Shown here one piece after another: positions 27,215-37,800 of a DNA stretch of 64,000 nt (positions within the stretch are counted from its first letter, which is position 1; every line of letters begins with the position of its first letter). Source of the DNA: Poseidonia sp. Its GTDB lineage: Archaea > Thermoplasmatota > Poseidoniia > Poseidoniales > Poseidoniaceae. The translations under genes and the position numbers were made by a program. The stretch covers positions 14,095-78,094 of the forward strand of contig JBMYQB010000001.1 of assembly GCA_049600935.1 (NCBI GenBank), in the 5' to 3' direction. The notes beneath the pieces were generated by a model. That model did not search any database and was not told where the DNA came from. It was given only the letters and a program-made list of their open reading frames with translations.

Positions 27215-29218
27215 ATGGTCTGCATGGTTTTGACTAAACTTCCCGGTGTTACTGAACGCATGGCGTCGAAAATGAAAGATCACTTCGGCTCCGAGGAAGC
27301 CGTCGTCTCCACGCTCGCTTCGGGCGACGTGGGTCGTTTGGCAGAGGTTGAGGGGCTGTCCGTAAAGCGAGCGCTGTCGCTGGCTCGGTCCTATGCAGGT
27401 GGAGAAGGTTCCTTCCTCGCCACCAAAGAAGCACAGAAACTCCATCAACACCTCCTCGCCCACATTCAATCCTTTGCGTCTTGCTCTGCGACCCGAGAGC
27501 GCATGGGTCTCTTGATGCCGGTGGCCGACCCCGAGCCCCGACGCCGCATGGCGGCAGCAGCCATGGAACTTGATGCTGCTTGGCTTGAGGCTCAACACGA
27601 AGCATGGAGCCATCTCGGGCGCCTCAAGGAAAAGCAAGAACGCTACGAGCGGGTGGTCGTATCGCCCGAACCGCTGGATCATCTCAAGAAATTCTGCCGT
27701 GTCCTGCAACCCACCGAACAAGAATCGTGGAAGGACTACACCGTGTTCAAAACGGTGTCGTGGTTGGGTCCTGGTGCGCCGATGGAAGCCCCCGACGGCT
27801 GGTTGGTCTTGGGCTCAGCGCCCGAAGAAGCGCTCATCGTCCCCGAGCGTACCATTGATTGGTTCACGCATAACAGGAAAACCTTGGATGTGCTTTGCGG
27901 CGTCATCGAAGCCATGAACGCCAACCTCCTGCCGGAGAACGACGCATTGGAGGCGCTTTGCTCTGCGCTCAAGCCCCTGTCAACCCTTCCTGAAACCATG
28001 TCGATGCTCGGTGATGCTTCGTCCATCGAAGAGGTCGCCCGAATCAAAGATGAATTATGGGGCACGGTCAAACAGCTCGAGGAAGACGTCAATCAACAGG
28101 TTGAGAGCGCCATGAACGATGCCAAGATGGCACTTTCGGGTGCCGAATTGCTCGAAGCATTGGCCGATGGCACGGCGTTTCAGCGAAAGCTACGAGACGC
28201 CACCGGGCACGTGATTCAAGAAGCGATGCAGCAAGCCAGGGAACACCTTGCCACCTTCCTTGAACCGGCTCGTTTACGCTGTCCCTTCGATATCTTCACC
28301 GATTCGTGGCCGGCTAAAATTGACCGACAGACCATTGATGGCATCGATGCAGCCCTTGAATCCAAACTCAAGGCGGAGCAGACCGACCACCTCGTCAACC
28401 TCGCTCGTCAACTCGGCCCGCTCAAGCCACATTGTGAGGTGGCGGTCAGTCGCCTCATTGAGGCGGACCAGTGGTTGTCCATCGCTCGCTGGGCCCATCA
28501 TGACCGTTGTGTGATTCCGGAACTCGTTGACCATGGCATGTGGCTTGAAGAAGGCCGACACGTGTTGTTGGGCGTCACGCCTGACCCTGTCACCTACGGG
28601 TTGGGTCAAGCCGCCATCAAAGGCGACCAACAATCGTTAGCATTGTTGACGGGTGCCAATTCGGGTGGCAAAACCACCTTGCTGGAATGCATGGCTTACG
28701 CTTGCATCCTCGGCCACATGGGCCTTCCTGTGCCAGCAAAAGCCGCACGAATTGGGAAGGTGGAGGCGCTCCACATCCTCGCTAAAGCGGGTGGAACCCA
28801 GAGTGCAGGGGCCCTTGAACAAACGCTGGTGGAGTTGGCAACCGTGGTTAGCGACCCCACCCCGAAATTGATTCTCGCCGACGAATTGGAAGCGATTACT
28901 GAACCTGGTGCGGGTGCTCGAATCATTGCGGGTATGCTCCTAGCGGCTGAGGCCCAAGCCGACACGACGATGTTGCTGGTCACCCACCTTGCACCCGCCA
29001 TCCTCGGTGCAACCGGTCGCGACGACCTCCGCGTTGACGGGATTGAAGCAAGTGGCTTGGGGGCCGATTTGGAATTGCTGGTCGACCGTACACCAAAGCG
29101 AAATCACCTCGCTCGCTCAACTCCTGAACTGATTGTCAAGCGCCTGGTCGAAAAGAGCAGCGGCGAGGCAAAAGCGCTCTTTGGCGACATCCTCCAGATG
29201 TTTGCCGTAGAGGACTGA
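27215..29218 (+). CDS. Archaeal MutS-like ATPase (MutS domain V only, N-terminal helix-hairpin-helix; MutS2/MutS5-like, no Smr domain seen)
   Basis: HhH-like LTKLPGVTERMASKM ... LAEVEGLSVKRALSL. Walker A LLTGANSGGKTTLLEC. Walker B KLILADELEAITEP. THL motif. Confidence 0.75.
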   Translation: MVCMVLTKLPGVTERMASKMKDHFGSEEAVVSTLASGDVGRLAEVEGLSVKRALSLARSYAGGEGSFLATKEAQKLHQHLLAHIQSFASCSATRERMGLLMPVADPEPRRRMAAAAMELDAAWLEAQHEAWSHLGRLKEKQERYERVVVSPEPLDHLKKFCRVLQPTEQESWKDYTVFKTVSWLGPGAPMEAPDGWLVLGSAPEEALIVPERTIDWFTHNRKTLDVLCGVIEAMNANLLPENDALEALCSALKPLSTLPETMSMLGDASSIEEVARIKDELWGTVKQLEEDVNQQVESAMNDAKMALSGAELLEALADGTAFQRKLRDATGHVIQEAMQQAREHLATFLEPARLRCPFDIFTDSWPAKIDRQTIDGIDAALESKLKAEQTDHLVNLARQLGPLKPHCEVAVSRLIEADQWLSIARWAHHDRCVIPELVDHGMWLEEGRHVLLGVTPDPVTYGLGQAAIKGDQQSLALLTGANSGGKTTLLECMAYACILGHMGLPVPAKAARIGKVEALHILAKAGGTQSAGALEQTLVELATVVSDPTPKLILADELEAITEPGAGARIIAGMLLAAEAQADTTMLLVTHLAPAILGATGRDDLRVDGIEASGLGADLELLVDRTPKRNHLARSTPELIVKRLVEKSSGEAKALFGDILQMFAVED

Positions 29219-30610
29219 TCAGGGCAACTCAAGTTCGACGGCAAAGAGCGGGTCGGGGTCGGTAGAATCGTGATAGGCGACCACCACGCCGCCGTCATTG
29301 AGAATGGCGAGGGAAGCGAAATCAAATCGGATATCGTTGCCGGCGCCGGAGGTCGAATCAAGGTCGCCTTGACCGATGTAGGTCAGGGTGTCGGGCGACA
29401 TGTCCTCGGAGTAGCCTCGGACGTGGTAGACGGTGTCCACGTCAGGACCTTCGGTGGATTGGTATCGCACGTTGAGAATGAACAAATCGAGTTCACCGTT
29501 GGCTTGGAATTCCCACTCCTCAATTTGCGAGGCGGTGGCGTCGAGGGAGTAGGTGTAATTTGACCAGGTCAATGCACCGTCGGTTGACATGTAATGTGTG
29601 AAGGTTGTGCCGGAATTGGCCACGCAGTGGAGCGTTCCGGTGCGGTCAATTTGGCAGTATTCGGATGGGAATTGCACCTCGAGCTCGTTCCATGAGAGGG
29701 TCGTATCCATGTAGGCTGCGTTGCCGTTGTTGTAATACGAAGGGAAGATGAGGCCGCCGCTTGGCATCGAGAAGGCTCGCATTTCCTTGTGGGGTTTGTT
29801 GACGTCCCAGTAGGCAGGGAGGTCGGCGTTGGTGAAATCAAGGTCGAGTTCGATAACAGGGTCGCCGCCGTCACGGCCCGGGAATTGGAAGGGATAGTAG
29901 TTGAGACCGTCAACGCTGATTTGACCGCCTGCGTTCTGGGTTTGGTGCCAGAAGTTGGAGACCACGATACTGGCCCACTCTCCATCACCGATGGATGAAC
30001 TGATGGGTCCAATCACCTCAACTTGCCACGAACGGTCATAGAACGGTTCGGTAATTCGATTGTAGCACCACTTCCATTCGCCTTCTGATTCGTCGTAAAG
30101 GATGGCGTAGAATTTGTCAAGTTTGAGGTCGCCTCCGATGTAGGGGAACCACGACATCGAGATGATGTCACCGTTGGTGGCCTGCACGATGCTGCCTTCA
30201 CCCAACCCTTCTTGCCCCGGGTTGGTGGGCACGAACGTGCGACACTGTGAATCTGGGAGGGCGGGGGGGACGTAGGTGTCCCAAAGGTGTCCACGGTCGG
30301 CTGAAAACACGGGGTATTCGCCCCCAATGTTCAAAATCTGACCGTCGATGTCGGTTGCGAGATAGTGCTCGCAGCAATTACCGCCATAGGAGGCATCAAA
30401 CACCGCCCACGTGGTGTTGGTTGATTCGTTGGTGCGCAAGTCAATGGTCGTGAACATCCGCTCAACTTCGTGCGGTTGTGCGTCGATGCGATTGTAGGAC
30501 TCCCAAATGGAGGAGGTCTCTTCGGGAGCGACCGTGCCGCTGCCATCACCAAAACAACCGGCGAGCACCATGGACGAAGCCATGGCGAGCACGAGGAGCC
30601 ATCGGCGCAT
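29219..30610 (-). CDS. Secreted lipoprotein, probable beta-propeller (Asp-box/BNR-like)
   Basis: Lipobox MRRWLLVLAMASSMVLAGC. Asp-box-like SADRGHLW and STDGALTW. Confidence 0.6.
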   Translation of the reverse strand: MRRWLLVLAMASSMVLAGCFGDGSGTVAPEETSSIWESYNRIDAQPHEVERMFTTIDLRTNESTNTTWAVFDASYGGNCCEHYLATDIDGQILNIGGEYPVFSADRGHLWDTYVPPALPDSQCRTFVPTNPGQEGLGEGSIVQATNGDIISMSWFPYIGGDLKLDKFYAILYDESEGEWKWCYNRITEPFYDRSWQVEVIGPISSSIGDGEWASIVVSNFWHQTQNAGGQISVDGLNYYPFQFPGRDGGDPVIELDLDFTNADLPAYWDVNKPHKEMRAFSMPSGGLIFPSYYNNGNAAYMDTTLSWNELEVQFPSEYCQIDRTGTLHCVANSGTTFTHYMSTDGALTWSNYTYSLDATASQIEEWEFQANGELDLFILNVRYQSTEGPDVDTVYHVRGYSEDMSPDTLTYIGQGDLDSTSGAGNDIRFDFASLAILNDGGVVVAYHDSTDPDPLFAVELELP

Positions 30611-30676
30611 GGTCCTGCCTCGTTGGGGCGTGATTTGAAGCCGTCGCTTCGCCGAGTATGCAGTGAACGCGCGTGT

Positions 30677-31426
30677 TTACGAAGACACGTCACCACTCAA
30701 ACGGCGCAAACCCGAAAGCGTTCTGGTTCCCATCCACGTCAAGTCCTCACCGTCGATAAAGTGCAGCGTGGGCGGACGGTCCGTTAGCGCCCGAAGTGCG
30801 TCGAGCAACGCATCGCCTTCTTCGGTGGTGAATTCATGGGGTTCGCTGGAAAGAAAGAGGTCGGTGATGCCGTATTGAATCAAGGATTCCATGCTCACCT
30901 CGGGGTAACCCGTGCCGTCCGGCTCAATATCGGGTACATTGTAGCCCATGCATGCGAGTATGTTTCCCGCGTAGGTGTTGCCGTTGGCCGCCATCAACGG
31001 GTCATGCCAAATCAAGGGCAAAGCAATACGTTCGTTTGAGGCTGGTACGGCCTTGAGTTGGTCCTCGATCTTTCTGGCCCATGTCTCGGCTTCCTCCGAC
31101 CGTTTCACCACCTTTCCGAGTTCTCTCAACATATCGGGAACATCACGAGGATGCTGAACATGGCAAACGAATGTCTCGTAGCCTTGTTCAAGACACCATT
31201 CGTACACCGCTTTGGGATTTTCATCTCGATCCATCACGACCACGTCGGGTTTGGCTGCTTTGATTTTCCCAAGATTGGGCGTTTTGGTGCCGCCAACCAC
31301 CGGTACATTGCTTACTTCGTCTGCAGGATGAATGCACCACGGTGTGCGACCGACAATGGACGTCGCATCCAATCCAAAATCAAAGAGTGTCAGCGTCAGA
31401 CTGGGGACCAGCGAAACGATGCGCAC
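30677..31426 (-). CDS. TroA/BtuF-like (helical-backbone) cobalamin/metal-binding protein without signal peptide
   Basis: MRIVSLVPSLTLTLFDFGL...IVGRTPWC...VGGTKTPNLGKIKAAKPDVVVMDRDENP matches periplasmic-binding-protein type 2 (PF01497-like) openings. Confidence 0.6.
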   Translation of the reverse strand: MRIVSLVPSLTLTLFDFGLDATSIVGRTPWCIHPADEVSNVPVVGGTKTPNLGKIKAAKPDVVVMDRDENPKAVYEWCLEQGYETFVCHVQHPRDVPDMLRELGKVVKRSEEAETWARKIEDQLKAVPASNERIALPLIWHDPLMAANGNTYAGNILACMGYNVPDIEPDGTGYPEVSMESLIQYGITDLFLSSEPHEFTTEEGDALLDALRALTDRPPTLHFIDGEDLTWMGTRTLSGLRRLSGDVSS

Positions 31427-31435
31427 GTCGAGGCC

Positions 31436-34400
31436 TCACTTGACCGTGAAATGAACCGAGGTGCCGTCCACCTCAAAGTGCTCAGCTCCTGTTGGTGGTG
31501 TTGCACCCTCAGGATGGAAGACACACCCTGCGGCTCGAGTTTCTGTGGCTACCCAGGCTTCGTCCTCGGTTTGCATCTCCGGTGCGTTTTCAAGCCAGAC
31601 CTCAAGGTCGATGGTGGCCTCAATTTCGAGGTTCAAATCCTTGCGCTTAGCTTGGACGCGACGGACAATGTCTCGTGCCATACCTTTGGAGAGAAGGGCC
31701 GGTGTATCGTTCATGTCCAATACCAGACTGACGTGAAGTTGCTCACCTTCGGTTTCCATCTCCACGGTTTGAGCCGCGAAGCCTTCTCGCTCCACACGCT
31801 TGACCTCCACATCACCGCTCTCTACGAGGACACCCAATACATCGGCTCCTCCGTCGTTGATGGAGGCCAGCAAGGCCACGGGGTCTTCATGCGAACGGAT
31901 GGCGTTGGCCACATTGTTGACTTCGGCTCGTGCCTTCGGAGCGAGCGCACGGAAATTCGGTGCCAACTCGATTTGCTGGAAACGGTCAAGGTCGTCCTCA
32001 ACTTGAATGGCTTCAACGTTCAGTTCCTCAGCCAGGAGGTCATGGAACGCCGAGAGATCGGGGCCTGCGACGATCCAGCCTTGAGCGCACGGCAAGCGTT
32101 GGCGCCGTCCACCGTCAATGCGAATGCGTCGTCCGGCTTCGGCGAGTTCTCTCACGAGCGCCATGGTTTGTTCGAGCCCGAGGTCTTGGGGTGGAAGATG
32201 GGCTGTGGCCTTGGCGGCCGTTTCGTCCCATGCATCAGCGGTTGCCCCCTCAAGGGTTCCTGGAACACCGAGTGGCCAGTCAGCGGTGTGAACCGAGGCA
32301 CCGGTCAAGTTTCGATGGATGTGGTCAACCATGAAGGGGGAGACAGGAGCCACCAGTTTGCACACCGTTTCAAGCACCTCATGGAGGGTGTGTTGGCAGG
32401 CCAGCTTGTCGTTGCTGTCCGCTTCGTCCCAGAGCCTTCGGCGGCTTCGTCGAACGTACCAGTTTGAGACATCGTTGACCATGAAGTCCTCGAGGTCTCG
32501 GCATGCCTTGTGGAATTGCCAATTGGTGAAATTCTCGTGATAGGCCGTGGCGACGGTGTGAAGTCGGGAAAGAATCCATCGGTCCAGAGCGCTGCGCTGC
32601 TCGACGGGTACGTCCTGCGCCTCTGGGTCAAAACCGTCCAGAGCGGCGTAGTCCGCATGGAATTTGTAGACGTTCCACGTGGTGAGGAACATCTTGGCGT
32701 AGGTCTCCCTCACACCGTTCGGGTCGAATTTCATGGGGTTCCAAGGAGCACCGGCCGTGACCATGTACCAGCGAGTGGCGTCCGCTCCTTCCCTGTTGAA
32801 ATGGTCCCAGGGGTCGACGATGTTGCCTCGGGATTTGGACATCTTCTTGCCCTCTGCGTCCAAAATAAGACCCAACGAAAGGCATCGTTTGTAGGCCATG
32901 TCGTCAAAGACGGTGGCCGAAACGGCGAGCAGGGTGTAGAACCAGCCACGGGTTTGGTCAACACCTTCGCAGATGTAGTCCACCGGGAACGAGGCGTTGA
33001 ACGTGGATTCGTTGTCAAACGGATGGTGCCACTGAGCGAACGGTGCGCACCCTGAATCGAACCAACAGTCCATCACGAAGGGTTCTCGCTTCATCGGAGC
33101 ACCGCTGTCGGAAACGAGCGTGAAGCCGTCAACGATCGGTCGATGGAGGTCGACATCGTCAGGGCAATCAGGATTTTCAAATCCTGCGGCCACGGCTTTG
33201 GCCACTTCTTCTTGCAATTCTTGGATGGAACCAACGCACTTCATCTCGCCGCTTTCGCTTCGCCATACGGGCAGGGGCGTGCCCCAGTATCGCTCTCGGG
33301 AAATGGCCCAGTCCTTGACGTTTCGAAGCCATTCACCAAAGCGACCTTCTCCAACCCAATCAGGGGCCCATTCGACTTGGTCGTTGAACTTGAGCAGGTT
33401 TTCCTTGACCGCCGTCATGCGAACAAACCAGGAATCCATGGCGTAATAGAGCAAGGGATGGTCGGTTCGCCAACAATGTGGGTAGTCGTGGAGGTAGTCC
33501 TTCTCGCGATAGAGCAACCCGCTTTCTGGCCCCTTTCCGTTGCTCCCGTTGGGTGCGGACAGCAGGGCGATGATGGTCTCGTCGCAGGATTTCACGTACT
33601 TGCCGTCGAGTTCAGGGTGGGTGCCGTCAACAAAGGCACCGTCCATGCCCACGGTGTGATGAGCTGGAAGGCCAGCCTCCATACCCAGGTTGTAGTCGTC
33701 CTCACCGTACATCACGGCGGTGTGGACCACGCCCGTACCGTCCGTGGTCGTGACCCAGTCGGCGGCAAGCACGGTCCAGGCCGTCGTTGAGTCGCCTCGT
33801 GGAACGGCCTCAGGGAAGAGCGGTTCGTACGAACGACCAACCAAATCCGACCCGGGGAATTCATCGACGATGTCGACATGATGCCGAAGAACTTCCTTCA
33901 TGAGTTCCTTCGCCAAAATGACCTCCTCGCCAACTTCGGCACCGCCGGCGCCCGTCCATGCCTCTCCAGCCGCTTCCTTGATACGGCATCGAGCATAGGT
34001 GACGTCGGGTCCAACGGCCAAGCCAACGTTTCCTGGCAAGGTCCACGGTGTCGTTGTCCACGCCAAGATGGAAGCGTCGTCGTCGGTCAGTTTGAATTTG
34101 ACATAGACAGAGGGCTCTTCCACTTCTTTGTAGCCCAACGCCACTTCGTGGCTGGAGTACGACGTACCCGTTTGCGGGCAGTACGGCAACACCTTGTGGC
34201 CTCTGTAGAGCAGGCCCTTGTCGAACATCTGCTTCAACGCCCACCAAGCCGATTCGACGTAGTCGTTGTGGAGGGTCACGTAGGGGTTGTCGAGGTCAAC
34301 CCAATACGCCATGCGCTCGGTCATCTCTCGCCATGCTGCTTCGTAGGTCCAAACGGACTCACGACAGGCTTGGTTGAATTCCGCCATGCCGAAGGCTTCA

Positions 34401-34726
34401 ATCGCTTCGTTGCTCATGAGGTCAAGTCGCTTTTGGACTTCAATTTCAACGGGGAGGCCGTGGGTGTCCCAGCCCCCTTTTCGCTCAACGAGGAAGCCTT
34501 CCATGGCTTTCCAGCGGCAAACGAGATCTTTGTAGGTTCGAGCGACCACGTGGTGAATGCCAGGTTTACCGTTGGCGGTGGGCGGTCCTTCGAGGAAGAT
34601 GAACGGTGCGTTGTTGCGGCGCCCGTCAATGGAGGATTGGAACGTTTTCTCGGCCGCCCACTGTTCGAGGAGCCCCGTTTCCAAATTCACGGCGTTCAAT
34701 TCACCTGCCGATGAAGGTTGAGCCAT
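31436..34726 (-). CDS. ileS: Isoleucine--tRNA ligase
   Basis: PPTANGKPGIHHV (HIGH). GKKMSKSRGN (KMSKS). CP1 editing-domain length. 1,096 aa. Confidence 0.95.
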   Translation of the reverse strand: MAQPSSAGELNAVNLETGLLEQWAAEKTFQSSIDGRRNNAPFIFLEGPPTANGKPGIHHVVARTYKDLVCRWKAMEGFLVERKGGWDTHGLPVEIEVQKRLDLMSNEAIEAFGMAEFNQACRESVWTYEAAWREMTERMAYWVDLDNPYVTLHNDYVESAWWALKQMFDKGLLYRGHKVLPYCPQTGTSYSSHEVALGYKEVEEPSVYVKFKLTDDDASILAWTTTPWTLPGNVGLAVGPDVTYARCRIKEAAGEAWTGAGGAEVGEEVILAKELMKEVLRHHVDIVDEFPGSDLVGRSYEPLFPEAVPRGDSTTAWTVLAADWVTTTDGTGVVHTAVMYGEDDYNLGMEAGLPAHHTVGMDGAFVDGTHPELDGKYVKSCDETIIALLSAPNGSNGKGPESGLLYREKDYLHDYPHCWRTDHPLLYYAMDSWFVRMTAVKENLLKFNDQVEWAPDWVGEGRFGEWLRNVKDWAISRERYWGTPLPVWRSESGEMKCVGSIQELQEEVAKAVAAGFENPDCPDDVDLHRPIVDGFTLVSDSGAPMKREPFVMDCWFDSGCAPFAQWHHPFDNESTFNASFPVDYICEGVDQTRGWFYTLLAVSATVFDDMAYKRCLSLGLILDAEGKKMSKSRGNIVDPWDHFNREGADATRWYMVTAGAPWNPMKFDPNGVRETYAKMFLTTWNVYKFHADYAALDGFDPEAQDVPVEQRSALDRWILSRLHTVATAYHENFTNWQFHKACRDLEDFMVNDVSNWYVRRSRRRLWDEADSNDKLACQHTLHEVLETVCKLVAPVSPFMVDHIHRNLTGASVHTADWPLGVPGTLEGATADAWDETAAKATAHLPPQDLGLEQTMALVRELAEAGRRIRIDGGRRQRLPCAQGWIVAGPDLSAFHDLLAEELNVEAIQVEDDLDRFQQIELAPNFRALAPKARAEVNNVANAIRSHEDPVALLASINDGGADVLGVLVESGDVEVKRVEREGFAAQTVEMETEGEQLHVSLVLDMNDTPALLSKGMARDIVRRVQAKRKDLNLEIEATIDLEVWLENAPEMQTEDEAWVATETRAAGCVFHPEGATPPTGAEHFEVDGTSVHFTVK

Positions 34727-34896
34727 GGTTCACCGACCGAGGACGCGGTTTTGAACACTACTCCACATTTTGTTCATTTTTGTTCACTCGTCCTTGATTT
34801 TTAGGTGAGGAAAAACACAAGACGGAGCGGATAAATCCAAATTGCGGGAAAATAGAGAGGGGCATCCTTCAAGTCCTTCAATGGGCACCGTAAACC

Positions 34897-37800
34897 ATGG
34901 CGGGTAGGCGTGCCCATGCACAGGCTCTCATCTTGGTCGTGCTTTTTGTCATGAGCAGTTGGCTCAATGCGGTCGCTCCGTCCACTGAAGAGACGTCAGT
35001 TTTGGAGGCAGAACATGAGGTCATGCAAGTCGGTCAGGGCGACGATATGGACCTGACCCTGACGACCAATCCAAACACGATGTTCAAGTTGGATTTACCC
35101 AGCGGGGAGCCACTGGTCAACGCCGAGTTGAAATTCACACCAAAGGTGCTGCCCACGCAGTCCGGTTTTGTTTGGGACAGCGAGAGTGACTGGAACCATG
35201 CTGACGCCATCTCCAACGGCTCCACCGTGTCCAGCGGTGTTCTGACGGGGTCTTCTCCAGGCCTTCTTTGGGATTTCAACACCAACAATCAGGGATGGAC
35301 CTTCTCAAATTCCTACACCGCAAGAGTCTCCTCTCCCTCCTGCGGGTACAACGGCACCTCCGGGGGTTCGCTTCGAACCTACGCAGGCTCGACCTACGGT
35401 ACATCACCGGTGGTGAACCTCGCAGGCGGTGCGAACATCCCGTTCCACGCCTGGGTCCACGAAGGGCGCTCGGGGTGCGGTGAAACGCCGGACAGCGGTG
35501 AAAACCTCCAGTTCCAATACAAAACCGCTGCAGGCGGATGGACCGTGTTCCAAACCTTTAGCGGCGGCGGGGCTCAAACCTCCAACTTTCAATTTATGAC
35601 CACCCTGCCAGCGGCTGCGATTCACGCCAATTCGCAATTCCGTATCCATCAAACCAGCGGGAGCAGCACCTGCTGCGATTATTGGTTTGTTGACGACATC
35701 CACATCGCAACGCCGCCTGAGTCCAATTGGACCAGCCCAACGATGGGTCACAAGGTCGGTTCAACCCAGACCCTCGCAGCCGACACCTATGCGCCACTTT
35801 ACATCGAAGCGAACATCCCCAACGGGGCCTTCCTCAACTGGTCGGTTCTCAACAGTGCAGGTGAGGTTCTACCTGGCATGCAGGGCACGAACGAACTCAT
35901 CGTTCCCCTGAACCTCCTCGACCACGATCTGGTGGACCAGTTCCGTCTTCATCTCGAGTTCAAGGGAAGCGAATCGGGCATCCCAGAGGTGCACTCCATC
36001 ACCGGCGACGGTGCGTACCGAGAAACCTTCGTCACCGACCCGACCGCCCGCGGTTGGACCTTGAGCGATGCAGCCTACGTCACCGGAATCGGTGTCATTG
36101 GCTCCCAAGCGAACTCGACCTTGACCTCTCCGTGGATGTTGGCGCACGCACCGCTGTATGATGTGGGCCTTGACGGTTCGGTGGCCAGCGGGCAAGTTCA
36201 GGTGCGCTATCATCCCGACGAGGCCTGGATGAACGTCTCCTTGCCTTTCACACCGACACCCGACCAAAACACCGTGGGTATGCAAGCCCGTGTGGTTTCC
36301 GTTCTTCCTGCCGACGGCAACATGAGCAACTTCACTGCGTGGAACGTTGAAGCTCTCGAAATGGACATGTTTGGCGGCCAGCACCCTGCACGCCCCACCC
36401 TCGATTTCAACTTGGACGAGCGCTACGAATGGGGCGGTGAAGACGCCCGTGTGGGCACATGGGGCTGGCAAGACCGCTTTGCCAACGCCGAGGAACGGAT
36501 GGACCTCGCTCTCACCTCCGGCGCCCCCACAGATGCAAAGGTCTGGGTGCCATCGGAGGACTTGAGTTCCTTCGGATTCAGTTACGCTGCCGAAACGGGT
36601 ACGGTGGTTGAACTCGCCCTGTTTGTTCAGAACACCTTGGTCGCCAACAGGAGCACCAATTCAGCGACCAGCGGGATGTTCCATCTCAACGGCAGCGAGT
36701 TGACCGATTTCACCAATGCGTTGGCGAACACGGGCAATTCGGTCGATATTTTGGGTACGGACTTTACCGAGGCTCGAATTGAAGTCTCAGGAAGCGGCAC
36801 AGCCGTCCTTGCCGGCCTTCGGGCCACCTACAACGCCTCACACAACCTCGTTGCCGATGCGTCGTCGTCCTTCGTGATGGGCGTGAACGAGGCCCGCACG
36901 AGCGTCCAGAACATCGGTGGAATGCAAGCCATACCGTTGCCGTTCATGGCTGACCAACGTGGCGGGCTTACGATTGAAGTCGTTGCGCTCCAAACCTCCA
37001 GCACGGTTCTGCTTCAAAACGGCGGCATGGTGGACGCACAATCGGTTCTCACGCCTTCAAAGGAATGGCAGACCATCACCACCGAATACCAAGTCATCGG
37101 CGGAACCATCACTCACCACCGGCTCGACGTGTACAGCAAATCGCACCAAGCCACTTACTTGTTCCCTGCCGAAGGCGGCGGAGCTGCTGGCCTGGGCGAT
37201 GCCTCCATGGTCGAACTTCATCCAACCGACGCCATTGAGATCACGGAAGATGGCATGAACATCATGACCAACATCACCTTCCGTCTTCGTCCGATGTGGG
37301 ACGATGAAATGCAGCTGACCGCCACCTCTCGCCTCGTCTTGCAAAGCGGTGTCATCTCAATCCCGTTTTCCCACACTTGGGGTTCGTTGAGCGCACAGGG
37401 CTATGAGAACGACCTCACGCTGAAGTCCGTGGTCTTCTCCGAAGACGGCGTTGACATGACCCCCACGCGACAGTACCTGCGAGGTGGAGAATCGATGAAC
37501 CTCTCCATTGAGGTCGGGTTTGAGGATGTCCCTGACGCCCGCGGTTTCGTTGACGGCGATGCAGAGGTCACGCTCTATCGGGACGGTGTGGCCGTTCGAA
37601 ACACCACCACCCTCGACGGCGCGTACTGGAACTTCACCGAAAACATCCCCTTCACCTACGGTGATGTAACATGGGAGGTGGGTCTGGTCTCGCTCAACGG
37701 TTCAACGGTGGTTGAACCCAGTTCGCTGAGCCGAACCTTCACGGTGGATTCCGTCAAACCGAGGGTAACCGAGACCTCGATGTATCGCTACGACCATCGC

